Source of the DNA: Phoronis australis
Lineage: Eukaryota > Animalia > Phoronida
Assembly (NCBI GenBank): GCA_002633005.1
Contig: NMRA01000090.1
Location: 360,752 to 424,751 of the forward strand
Direction: 5' to 3'
Length of the DNA: 64,000 bases
Below, piece by piece: positions 49,401 to 61,358 of this stretch (positions are counted from its first letter, which is position 1; every line of letters begins with the position of its first letter). The notes under the pieces are model-generated. The model was not told the DNA's origin and did not search any database. It saw only the letters and a list, made by a program, of their open reading frames with translations. The translations under genes and the position numbers were made by a program.

Positions 49401-52400
49401 AGGCTTTTCAAGTATTGAAACTTGTCACATAGAAATGTAATGAGGATGCACTGGCACCATTTGGTTTTCGGACAGATTAGACTACTAAAGCACGTCCTCC
49501 ATTCTGTGTTGAGATCGTTTCCTGGTGACATTTAGAAAACTGATTGAAAGATTTCAGTGAAAATCGACGTAGAGTTATGTTATGGGAATGCGGTGTCACT
49601 ATTAAATCTTCATTCTTATTTGACCACTGTAGCACCTCCTAGTAGCCATTTTGGTATCTGATTGATGGATTTTAAAGGAAATTTGGCACAGAAGTATATG
49701 ATGTCAGTGCACTGGCACTATTGAAATTTTCGGATGGATTCGACCACTGCAGCGTCTAGTGGCCATTTTGATTTAGACAAGGAGTTTTTCAAATGTTGTT
49801 TGGGGGAATAGCTTTCCCCGGTAACATCTAGACAATCATTTGACAGATTTCAATGAAACTTAACATAGAGGTATATATATGATGACAATGAGCTGGAGCA
49901 ATTTGATTTTCGGGAAGGTTTGGCTACTGGAATGGGATTTTGTAAAATATTTTCCGGATGAAATCTAAGGAACTTATGGACAAATTTCATTGGAACTCGA
50001 CTCGGGTGTTTATGATGCCACTGCGCTGACAATATTGAAATTTTAGGCGGATTGAACCTTTGCAGCTCTTCAAGTTTCCATTTTATTCTTGGCACAGGGC
50101 TTTTCAAGTGTTGTTTGGGTAAGAGTATGTTTCCAGACGATATTTAGAAAACTGACTGACGGATTTTGATGAAAGTTGTCACAGATATCAATGCGCTGGT
50201 ACTGTTTGATTTTCAGGTGGATTTGACCACTGCGGCATCTCTTTGTGTTCATTTTGTTCTTTACAAAGAGTTTTTCGAGTGTATTTGAGGGAAAGGACGT
50301 TTCTGGATGATAGAGAAATGATTGATGGATTTTAATGAAACTTGACAATCGGCCTGCACCAATTGATTTCTGGGCAGATTCAACTTCTGCAGCACCTGCG
50401 TCTGGTACCTAGATTCGGTCAAGTGGACCCAGTGTTCTTGTTCACTTATCGTTTGACACTGGTCTCAACTTACTCCAGGGCTTGGAATTTTCCGCGGAAA
50501 CGCGGATTTCCGCTTTTTTCAAGTGTTTTGTCGTTGTATTTTATTAGATTTCCAGGTAAAAAAAATCGGATTTGATATAAAATTTCCGCGGAAATTCTTT
50601 CTTACCGCGGCGTTGCCGACGACTTTCACCTTGAAAGCGGAAGTTTCTCTTTATGTTTCGGATGAACGTAAATTGTCAACATTGCTGGGGCACCTGGGAT
50701 AGCGTGGTGGATTTCTTCAATGGCGTCTCGTGAGGTTGTAAATCGTGGTGACAAATACTACGACTCTGCAGCCAAAAATGAAGTCCCAATTTTTGTCGGC
50801 AAAACATCCTAATCGACATTTTCAAGGCTGGGTGCGCGCATGTATAGGGCCGTAAAAATTTCTGCTTTTTTGTCATGGCTCATTCGAAGCCCTGTTGCTC
50901 ACATGCGTGAAAAGTGGTTTCTGTACATGGAAAGTAAACACACGTCATTGCTTGTGACAGGCGTGAGAGCAAAGAACAAATGTTTCTTGTCATGAGAATT
51001 CTGTGAACATTCAGTATTGTATGTTCCTTAGTGGACCATGTACTTGACGAGTTCTGTGAAGTTTCAGATATGTTCCTTTGTTGTCCATCTTCTTGACATG
51101 GTAATTATGTGGATATTCGATATCAAATATTCCTTAATCGGTCATGTACTTGACATGGGATCTGGGAATTCTGTGAACATTCAGTATCAGTGTTCTCCAC
51201 ACCTGAACATTAACAGGTCGCATGCGTGAAAATGTCAACAAATATGCCAGAAGCGTGCAGAGGTCAATTTTCTTTGCAGTACGCAATTACCTGTCTTGTT
51301 ACCTAAGTATTTAGACAGTAATGTACAGGGGCGCAAAAAATAAATGCCTTTGTCCAATTTCTTATTTTTAAACAAGTGAAAATTTACTTATTTACAAACA
51401 TTTCACATAAACCAGTTGTTTATTCAATGACTTTAAAATGGAAGTCTACACAAACATGTTTGAAACAGCTTGCGGAAACATTTTACTTATTACTAATGAT
51501 GTTAATATCGATTGGCCCATGTTGATGAGAAAAGCACCAAAACTAACCAATAGTATTCGTGTAAGTGAGAAATAGACAATCAACAACCTATAAGAGTCAT
51601 CAGAAAGTCTTCTATTTAAAGGTATGTTGACATTTCAAACACTGCTGTTGGGAAGTCCAGTGTTATGCAGTGCAGGGAATATTGAAAATTGCAATACGAA
51701 AAAAGTTCTGGCCTCGCAAAAGACATCCGTTGTACTAACCCCTGCACAAAGGTGTTGGGGCTAACTAGTTAGGCTTTGGAGAAATTATCGCTATCCATCT
51801 ATTTTTTTCAATCAGTTGTCCTTGTCGAACACAGAAGGTGATTACAACAGCGATTAAAAATCAGTGGCTATTGAACAGATTATTTACTAAAAAGGCTACG
51901 CTATAAATAGACTTACCGTCGTGGTTTGCCACTTGAGCGGGATCGTGTAAGAGGCTTCCAAAAACTGACCACTTGGCATTCGTTCATTTTCAGTGAACTA
52001 TGGCTCATTTGATGTCAAGACGTGGAACAGGCATGTCTATCATGCAGCGTGATTTTAGCAGTAGATGCAATGAATGTTCTTATGTACTAAGGTGATAATA
52101 TCTGTTGATGGAATGAATATTCTTGTGTAAACATAGGAAAAAGGCTACTTTTATTGTGTCCTGTCAAACTTGACTCCTGACTGCATTTCTACATGCTAGA
52201 ACCTAACCTTGTTTGCACAAACTCACGGTCCCGTGAAGTTGTAAATAGTAAATGAGATTGATTAGTTGGTTAACTTGTGGATGTGTTTGTTTCAGTGTCG
52301 ACAACAGTTGTAGAGAGTGGAGAAGATAGCCTGAAGAATGTGTTATTATGCACAATAATTCCCATGTTAGTAGTGGCTGTCTTACTCATCACTGCCTGGT

Positions 52401-55400
52401 ATATATGGCGCTTCAGATCCACTCATTATAATGTGGCAGTACCTGCTGAGGACCCCATGGAACTGGACACCCCTCCTTCACCTATTAATAGAAGTCTGAC
52501 ACCACTTCAGCTAATTGAGATCAAAGCCAGGGGTCGCTTTGGCTGTGTTTGGAAGGCGCAACTGCTGAACGAGATGGTTGCAGTTAAAATTTTCCCCATC
52601 CAGGACAAACCTTCATGGGAGGCAGAGAGAAATATCTATCGACTGCCGCTAATGAATCACCTAAACATCCTCAAGTTTTTGGCCAGTGAAAGGCGTGGAG
52701 ACAACCTCAATATGGAGTTGTGGTTAATCACTGAGTTTCATAAGAATGGATCTCTGTATGATTACTTAAAGGGAAACACTCTTACGTGGACTGAAGTTTG
52801 TCATGTCGCTGAAACGATGGTGACTGGGCTGGCCTATCTCCATGACGATATCTCCATTGGTGACCAGCGCAAGCCAGCTGTTGCTCACAGAGACTTTAAG
52901 AGCCGTAATGTACTGCTAAAGCATGACTTGACAGCTTGTGTTGCTGACTTTGGTTTGGCAATGGTGTTTGAACAAGGCAAGACTTTGGGAAGCACTCATG
53001 GACAGGTAAGGATTATGTCTGTCCAGCTGTCAACATTTTATGATTGTATTGTGTGTTGTGCAGTTACATGACATTTCCTGGTGTGCTCAGTTTTTAGTAT
53101 TGAAGTCGAGATTGATATTGTAATAATTATTTTAGCTCTGTAATTTATAATAGTACACATGGAGATTTGATAATGTGCTTTCAGGTGCTCTAGTTTTGTT
53201 TAGTAGGTGGACACCGCTGGAAAGGTAATAATATTTGTCTGATCATTTTGTTGACATTTATTTAGTTCTGTTCAATAGTAGAAAAGCTAGTAAAAAGCTG
53301 ATAAACTGCTAAAACATGTATTGAAAGCAGTCTGTCATGTTGATCTAGCAGACTTAAGTGATGAATGGTTGTTAACAGCGTAGTTTATCACAATAAAACT
53401 ATGAGAGGACCATTCCATTGTATTTTGCGTGTAATGGATGCGGCCAATTCAATTGTCTATAATTTTTAAATTAGTTAAAGGAGAATGCCACCCGATTTAA
53501 TTAATCTTTTTTACCATCTTAATCGGTCTATATACACATCACCTCGTATAGGGACGATCTTACCTCGCCGAGAGGTGTCGCGTTAACCTGTGAGGAAGGT
53601 GAGAAACGACGCAGTGCTGAGTGAGTGCCGCTATGGTGTGGTGTATCGTTCCCGCTTATGCGTACTATGAAGCTACAAGGAAAACGGGTATATAATTTTT
53701 CAATTTCCTCGAGAGCCCATAATGCTTTGGAAGTGGCTCACGTTAATGAAGAATGAAAAGTAATACCAAGTCTGAGGCCGTGAAACGGTGAAACTTCTCT
53801 GTGTCTTTCAGTGGCCTGCATTTTGTCAGATCAGTTGTTGATTATTTTTTGATTATGGAGATTTGTAGTTGGCCATGAAAACAAAACAATTACAATTAAT
53901 TCAAGGGGTGAGAACATAACATTAAATATATAACCTGTTTGATGACTGACTCGTTCGTGAGGCTTCTGTTTGGTCCTCCAGTTCCTTTTCTCAGCCCTAA
54001 AAAAACGTCGTAACCACACCTCTGTTAGATGCGGTTCAAAATCAGGATGGTCCATGAGACATATCTGCGGTTTTCCTGGAGGGCGTTTCACTTGCAGAAT
54101 TCCGTGGCAGCAAATGCAAGCGTCAGTCGTTTCCATTATCGTGCAGTTAGCTCACTGACACCATGGCAAGTCATTCAAACGGTTTTCGGAACTATCCATG
54201 TGTTCCGTTGTCTGTGCACGTTCACTGAGCCTCTCTATTGCCGATGAAACCTAACAATCAACCTGTGAATTCTTCGTCGGATGAGTACTCATCTAAGTCG
54301 GGATTGTGAGTTGTCACGTTGACGTTAATTATTGTGCGTTCTGTTTTAAAATCAATTATTCTTATATAAAACTGAAACGGAGTCTTCTCGTTGGGTTCAA
54401 TTTGTAATGCCTTGGAGTGTTCGCGAGTGCAAATGGTTTGAGAAGCCTGCAATGAATAAATCACTGCATTACCAGCTTTAGAAGCAATAAAGTAATTGAA
54501 CAAGCAAGGCCGAGGTCGTGTGTGCGCATGCTAATTCAGTGTTTGCTGATATAAAGGTATTGTGAAACAATGACTTGATTTTATATCCTATGGTTAGTTA
54601 GGTATATCTCAAGGTTACTCTGTACCGTTATGTTAATTTATTTTGCAGATTTCTGTTCCTTACAGCCTGTCACCACTGAACAAGTCTGATGGCATGACAT
54701 ATCTGGCTACTGTTAATACGTTTTATCAGTTCATCATCTTTTTACTACTTGTTTTATTTCCGTTTAAATTATGGTAAAATTGAGGAAGAAATCGTTATAT
54801 AATTGGCGATATATGAAATTTTGCCATGTTTATTGCTCATTTGGGAATTTGTTAGTTTGTATGCTCAGTAACAGGTCTTATTTCTTGTCCGATTGACAGG
54901 AAATGTACATTCATGTAACTCATTCAAAGCTTGAGGCTTAGTGTGTTTGATCAAAATCAGAAGCAGGATTGTGCTTGTGCTTTGGTGAAATTTTTTCAAA
55001 TTTTTCCTTTGAAGGATTTTTCATAAAGTTTGGTCTGACCAGGAGCCTGTGTGGCTACAACTTAAAGCGTTCTCTAGCTTATTTCAACTTGTGTATCTGC
55101 TGCTCATCACTGATTCTTCACTGCTCTTGTCGGTTTTTCTGCTTCTGTACAAAACTGTGTTTTGTCGTCACTGCCGTAACCACCGTCGTCATGTTTCATT
55201 TAATGTTTCCAATTAATCTACAAGGATGTATTTCTTATAGTCACTTAACTCTATCATTCAGCTCTGCCGTTCACTCTCCAAAGCATGATCCTTGTTTGTC
55301 ATTGATGTTACCTTGGCTCTGTGTGTGTCTGGGAAAACAGAGTAATTGAAGCAATTTCTACAAAAACTCTTTGTATGCTGTAGGTGGGTACACGACGTTA

Positions 55401-58400
55401 CATGGCCCCAGAAGTGTTGGAAGGGGCCATCAACTTCAACAGAGATGCCTTCCTGCGTATTGACATGTATGCGTGTGGCCTTGTCTTGTGGGAGGTAGTG
55501 AGCAGATGTTCCACCGTAGAAGGTTTGTATGTTCAGTCTTTTTCATCATTCGTGTCGCCTCGACCTTTTTGCTGACACATGTGACTTGTTTGAATTGCCC
55601 TCGACATGTTTGAATCTCCTCACCCCCCTCGTGAGATTTTCTTAACTATGGTGAACACCAGTTATTTGTCACAAAAAATATTTATAAAGCGTTAACTGCA
55701 AAGCAATAAGTGAACTCTGGTTGATGTTGGCTAAGAGAAATCTGTCTTTGCTTTGATGCTGATTGCTGAATTGCCTTGGCAGCCTAAGTTTTAAGTTTGT
55801 CATGGTTGAATTTAAATCTGATTACTTGGTGCGGCTAAATTTAAACTCAGTAACGCGTAACGGTGGTTCATAATGTTGAACCTGTAATAAGGCACGTAAA
55901 TGTACTCTCAAGACATTGGAACATCAAGTACTTTTGTATTATAGAGGATCTCGGCCGCTGCCGGCTTTCCACAAGTTTGTTGATGTTTGCGTGCTCCCAT
56001 ATTTAGTTTTTCAGTTATGGTGAATGTTGGGTGTGAACATGGGTTTAGTGACCATCTTGCTTTGAGCTCTGTTATTTGAAGCGGTGGGCATCAGTGGAGT
56101 TGTCTCCACTTGTAACCTGACACAAACTTTGACTTATAAAGTTTCGTCCCGTTATTTACCTGGTTACAAAACCCAAATCAGACGCTGAGTGACAAGTGTT
56201 ATAACCTCCAACCAAAGAAATCCTTAAGATTGCCACTACTAAGGGGATTACATATTTTTAACCTAAAAGTAAATTTCAACTCAATGCTGGACAGTGCACG
56301 ACAAATTTATATCTTCTTGTCATTTGGCTAACGTAAGTGCTGTGAGTTACACTGTCCTCTGGTCCTATTGCAGGCACTAACAAGGAATATTTGATGCCAT
56401 TTGAAGAGGAAATAGGTCTACATCCGACACTGGAAGATCTTCATGAGTGGGTGGTTAACAAGAAGTTCAGGCCTCAGTTTAAGGAATCCTGGATTAAGCA
56501 TCAGGTGACCTATTCCTTAACAATCCACCATGTTAACAAGTATTTTAGGTAACCCGTGCCGCTTTCACACTAAGTAAAGACATAAAACAGCAAGTGGTCA
56601 ACTCTATCATGGTGTCCAGTCGCCGTGAGAAACCTGAGAGATAGCATGAATGATGAATTGTCACATTTTGGAGAAAAATATGTTGTGGAAAATGGAAAGT
56701 ATTTACAAAAATCTTGCTCAAAAGCCCTGGTTAAGGAAATGACCTTGTGACATGGAATCATGTGTTTGTAACATATATACTCACTGATGCTCAGGAATTG
56801 TGTGTTTTCATTGTAGCATAGTGATTGTTTTACTTGAAACAGTAGGTGCATAAAAATTGCTACCGTGGCTTATTTTTGACTTGAATGTATTCACATTCTA
56901 ACACCAGGACAATACAGAGCTGCTGATCAAAACTAATGTCAGTGACCAAAACAACAATATAAACGTCAAGCATATCGTGTGTAGTACACTGTGGGCGAAT
57001 GTCAATGCCCCAGTGCTGCTCTTGTTATTGTTGTTGTTGTTACCGTGCTTCAGTGTATGGACTTCAATGATTTTTTTGATCAGCTGAATCAGCTGATTAA
57101 TGCTTTCATCAGTAGACCTACTGTACATAACTAATTATTTGAATTCACTGTCTTGACTGTTAACTGTGTGTAATAGTATGACAATTTTCTTACAAAATTA
57201 ATAGTGGTAGGATAAACGTTTATAGACAAGGCACTAAACAGCTGACTAGCAAATCTTAGAAATTGCACAAAAGTGATCACCTGTATATATGTGCGTTTTT
57301 GCTCGTGCAATTGGAGGCGATACCTTCCTCCTTGCCTCAGTTTCTCGGTTTGACTTATAGTTGACATGGAGTATGAAGATCAGGCGCAACTTGCTTTAAA
57401 TCAAAACTGGTAACAAACGTTGTCACCGTAGTGTCAGTTTGTTCCATGTCAGTCCTGTTTAAAAACAGACTTGACCTTCATCATCTTGTTCTGTGTCAGC
57501 TGATCCTTGTCACCTTTTTTGTAGTATAAACGGGACTAGAGACATTAAAATAACCCCTCCCTCCAAAAAGGACAGAAAGTACTAACATAGGTCATTTAAA
57601 TTGGCCCACAGAATTGGAGACCCATGGTCACATTTTGCCAAAATGATCCCTGATATGGAATTGCTCAACAGTATTGTGTTGTGAAAGGGAAGTTTNAGTT
57701 TTGTATTGACTTCTTTTCTGTTAATTTAATATTTCCCCTTCAAATTTCCAATTTAAAATTGTTAGGTCATTTGTCTAGGTGACCTCCACAACAGCTTAGT
57801 GTAAAGCAGTAGTGGTGACCTACTTAGCTCAGCACACAGGGAAAGTAGTCTGAATAGAGGCTCAGCAGGATAAGGGTTAAAATAACCCCTCCCTCCAAAA
57901 AGGACAGAAAGTACTAACATAGGTCATTTAAATTGGCCCACAGAATTGGAGACCCATGGTCACATTTTGCCAAAATGATCCCTGATATGGAATTGCTCAA
58001 CAGTATTGTGTTGTGAAAGGGAAGTTTATTCTGTTATTAAGGGAAATCTTATCTCTGGAAATGTTTTGGTTAGCTGTCATAGGCCCCTGTTCAGTTTTTC
58101 ATTGTGTTCCTGATATGTAACACTTGAGTTGGTTAGGGACATAGTTGAAATGCAGGTTTAAAATATTTCAATGTATGAAATTGACTGCAAAATAAAACTC
58201 AAAGTACTACAATCCTTGTTGTAGAGAGTGCAGGCATGTGATTGTATGATGTTGGTTGTTGTAGGGAGTGCAGGGTCTATGCGACACTATAGAGGAATGC
58301 TGGGATCATGACTCTGAAGCTCGTTTATCAGCTGGATGTGTGGTGGAGAGGATGCAACAGACGGTCTCTAGTAACTACAGCCCGGACCTACCTTTGTTAA

Positions 58401-58447
58401 TTGACACAAACAATCAGGCAGTGACTGAAAAGGTGTTCACCATGTGA
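46481..58447 (+). CDS. ACVR2: Activin receptor type II (TGF-beta family Ser/Thr kinase receptor; ACVR2A/B or punt-like), ~522 aa
   Basis: Exons 46481-46529 (signal peptide), 48739-49095 (Cys-rich ectodomain with CCCTGHRCN box), 52296-53005 (TM; [23 protein letters not shown]), 55384-55522 (GTRRYMAPE), 56374-56504 and 58265-58447 ([10 protein letters not shown], stop). Total 1569 nt, all phases consistent. Confidence 0.95.
46994..47318. mobile_element. MITE with ~37-bp TIRs in ACVR2 intron 1
   Basis: TGCCAGTAGAGATGGTGGAGCTCCATAGGCGCTTCA ... TGAAGCGCCTATAGGAGCTCCACCGTCTCTACTGGCA. No TSD evident. Confidence 0.8.
49240..50420. repeat. Diverged array of ~120-170-bp units (GACCACTGCAG..CTAGTGGCCATTTTG, CTCF-like)
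   Basis: Cores at ~49359, 49480, 49622, 49742, 50226 and 50383, with recurring GATTT..ATGAAA blocks. Confidence 0.65.
50476..50894. mobile_element. hAT-like MITE, copy 3 (older, internally deleted)
   Basis: Same TIR family; 6-bp TSD TTACTC/TTGCTC with one mismatch. Confidence 0.85.
53479..54335 (+). mobile_element. Internally deleted Kolobok-type element, copy 2: THAP remnant (+) and convergent Cys-rich P2X7-ballast/KolX-like remnant (-)
   Basis: TTAA|AGGAGAATGCC at 53475-53489. THAP-like MVWCIVPAY.. at ~53633. The minus strand reads [27 protein letters not shown] (~54165-54040). Confidence 0.7.
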
Positions 58448-59431
58448 AGCCATCTTGTCTTTGTCTCTCTGCTGCTCTCCAGTGTTTACTGGATGTCAAA
58501 CTATTTGATCTGGGTGGTTATTTTTACACGTCACAATGCAAGTGAAGATCCATCTCAGTGTCAACCATCTGCTGTGCCCTTGATAACCTATCATGTGTTT
58601 AGTGCATCAGAGAGCTCTCAATGACTGGATCAAATGGTCTTGGTATTCAAGAGCTAACATCTGTTGATTCAATGGTGTGCACAGATTGTGACAGTTGATT
58701 GTCTTGTGTCAACTACCTCACTATTTTTCAACCCGATGTATTCACAAGGAGGCCGTTAAATGCACAAGTGTTCTATATACAGCTACACTGCACATAATCG
58801 TGTATTTCAAAATGCCTCACTTGTTTTTTTATTGTAAATATTAGATGTCTGTTTAACCCACTTTCAATCATGCTAAATGACATTTTGTAAAATATTCTTG
58901 TAGAGTATGCAATATATTGTATGTTATTAGTTATGTTAGCAAAATCTTTCAACTTGCTACAGTAGCTTCCATACTATGCTCCATCCTTTGGGCTATGTGT
59001 TCAGGTGGAGACATCTAGTGGCACCAAGTCAGTTGATTTTATAGCAAGGTTCGTAATTTCTGTTTGTTTTAATTGACAGGTTATTGTCAATCTTCGATCC
59101 ATTTTGAGTACTGTATGTAGATTGATGAGAACATGTTAACTCTCTGTGTAGAGCTTCACAACAACTTACGTAGTCTGATGAGTACATGTTACAACTGTCT
59201 GCATACTGTGTATAGACTGATAAGTACCCGTGAACAGTCTGTTTAGGGCTTCACTGTGAGTGATGAGTAATTGTGCATACTGCCAGGGTACTGTATGCAG
59301 GGATTCACAGCCGTGTTCCAACTGTTGGCATACTATGTATGTGGAGCTTCACAGCAAACTGCCATTTGATAAGATCAGATCAGGAATCAAAGGTATAAGT
59401 TAGCGTAGTAATGTCTGTGTCATCCTTCTAA

Positions 59432-60236
59432 GGGCTGTTCCAGTAGAATCCGTGTAGAAGGGGGGGGACGGCAGTAGAAATAAAAATTCATGGGTGGTGG
59501 TCTATAGAAAAAAACACAAATTATGGGTGGTCGTTCCTGTAAGAAGTGATGCATTAAAAATGGGTGGTATTTCTTGACCTGTTAATGTTGACAGCTTGGT
59601 TACTTCAGCCCTCAAAACTCAAAAAATGCAATTGGCATATATCCTAACTTATCCCAACACAAAAAAGCCCATGTTGCCAGTGAACAGATTGCAATATGTT
59701 CACTAAGCCATTAATCAAGTCATAGGCAACTTGATTTGAGCCAACTGTTTGTCTGCAGTCTTATTGAATTGAAAAGTTATGCAACACTAAACTGGTGTTA
59801 ACACATATAAGAAAATTGATGATTTTTAAATAAAAAGTATGAGGAGTAAGATAAACAAGTTCCAATATTCACTTGCCATAGAAGTATAAAAGAGTTCATG
59901 GAGACAGTTTGAGATTCACAGATCCTTATAATTGAAAAAATGTTCATTGAAATTATAGACACATGGTGGTGGCTGCCAAAAGTATTGCTCACAGGCTACT
60001 TTAGTTTTTGACAATATTGGACAAGACAACTAGTTCTTGTCTGTCAATCATCTAAGTTCTTAACAGGTCCTCCTGGAGGCAATTTGTTTGCAAATGTTGG
60101 ATTTTATATTTTAACCTATTAAAAATAATTAAAAAATTATGGGTCATGGGTTGGAGAAAGAAATGAAAAATATGGGCAGTGGGTACGAAATAAAAGTGCT
60201 TTCCCCCCTCCCATGCAGATTTTGCTGGAACAGCTC
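59432..60236. mobile_element. PIF/Harbinger-type MITE
   Basis: TIR GGGCTGTTCCAG / CTGGAACAGCTC with extended imperfect subterminal symmetry; TAA TSD on both sides. Confidence 0.8.
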
Positions 60237-60958
60237 TAAGATAATAGCGCTGCATTTGTTTTTTTTTCTGAGTTAGGTGTTGCATGGAATGGTGTAGTTG
60301 CCAGTAGACTGGCTTTTATATGAGTTACCTCTTCAGGGTGTACAATGTTACTGATACCATGTGCTCTATTGGAGGGCCGACCTGCTGGTTATTTATCTTC
60401 AAGCCAACGGATAGATCAACAATGTTTTTCATGTTGGCTCGTTCCCACAGATTAAATGCAGGTTCTTAATATAAAATTAATCTATATTTGTAAACATTTG
60501 TGTGTGCGTGGTCTTAGAGTCTTAATTGTTACCAGGTCTCTGTGGAAAATGAAATTATTCCTATTTTTAGAGGTTTAAAACAGTTTTACTTAACCACCTG
60601 CTTAAGTTGATGTAAATCACCTGAAGTTGTTTTTGAAGAAAAAAATATTCACTGCATTTTATGAAGATCACCTGTTTACAGTGTCTTTATCTCCCTGGTT
60701 TTCAGTCTTACAGTTAAAGATTCTGTTTTCGTCAAGTTTTTATGAGCTGTCATGGTGGTGTGGATCTTTTAATATTTGTCCACTGTTTGATATATTCTTT
60801 GATCAGCGTCTCTTCACACTTTGCCTTCCTCAGGCTTTCCTTATAGTACTAAATCTTCAGCTTTAGATCACATTGTCAGGTAGACTATAACCTTGTATCC
60901 GTCCGCATGTAACTACATTCGTCCTCTGAGGTTAACTACACCGTAAACTATCGTTCTG

Positions 60959-61358
60959 GGCCCGGTCTCCAATCTTTTTACTCGAATAGAACTCGAAATT
61001 AGGTTTGGCATTTTCTACTCTGCTTTTGGGCGAACTCAAGATAAGTGTCTATTATTCTATGCTGGAGTACACAATAACTTACGTAGATAATTTATTGCCC
61101 TTAGTTCACAGTTTGTAAACCCAACATTAAAGCAATAAGTTCGAGTTTGAACTCGAAATTTCGAGTTTTTACTTGAGTTTGTAGCACGAATATAAGGGTC
61201 TTCAAGGGCAAACTTGAACTAGAAACTCCTATGTATAACGTATAATGTATTCGAGCACAGTCTGATAACCAATTGTCTTAAGTTCGCACAAAAGGAGCAG
61301 AGAAATTGCCAAAAATAGTTTCCAGTTCGTTTCGAGTACAAAGATTAGAGACCGGGCC
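60959..61358. mobile_element. Harbinger-group MITE with CWG target; right-end fragments also at ~32518-32588, 41917-41987 and 42059-42119
   Basis: TIR GGCCCGGTCTC.AATCTTT.TACTCGAA / TTCGAGTACAAAGATTAGAGACCGGGCC; CTG TSD. Confidence 0.8.

Noticed and set aside
54969-55349. 126-aa Cys/Phe-rich ORF in an ACVR2 intron
   Set aside because: No recognisable motif; the composition reflects T-rich intronic sequence.
57547-58027. Exact ~150-bp direct repeat (57547-57695 and 57878-58027)
   Set aside because: The first copy ends at the N at 57696; most likely a contig-overlap artefact.
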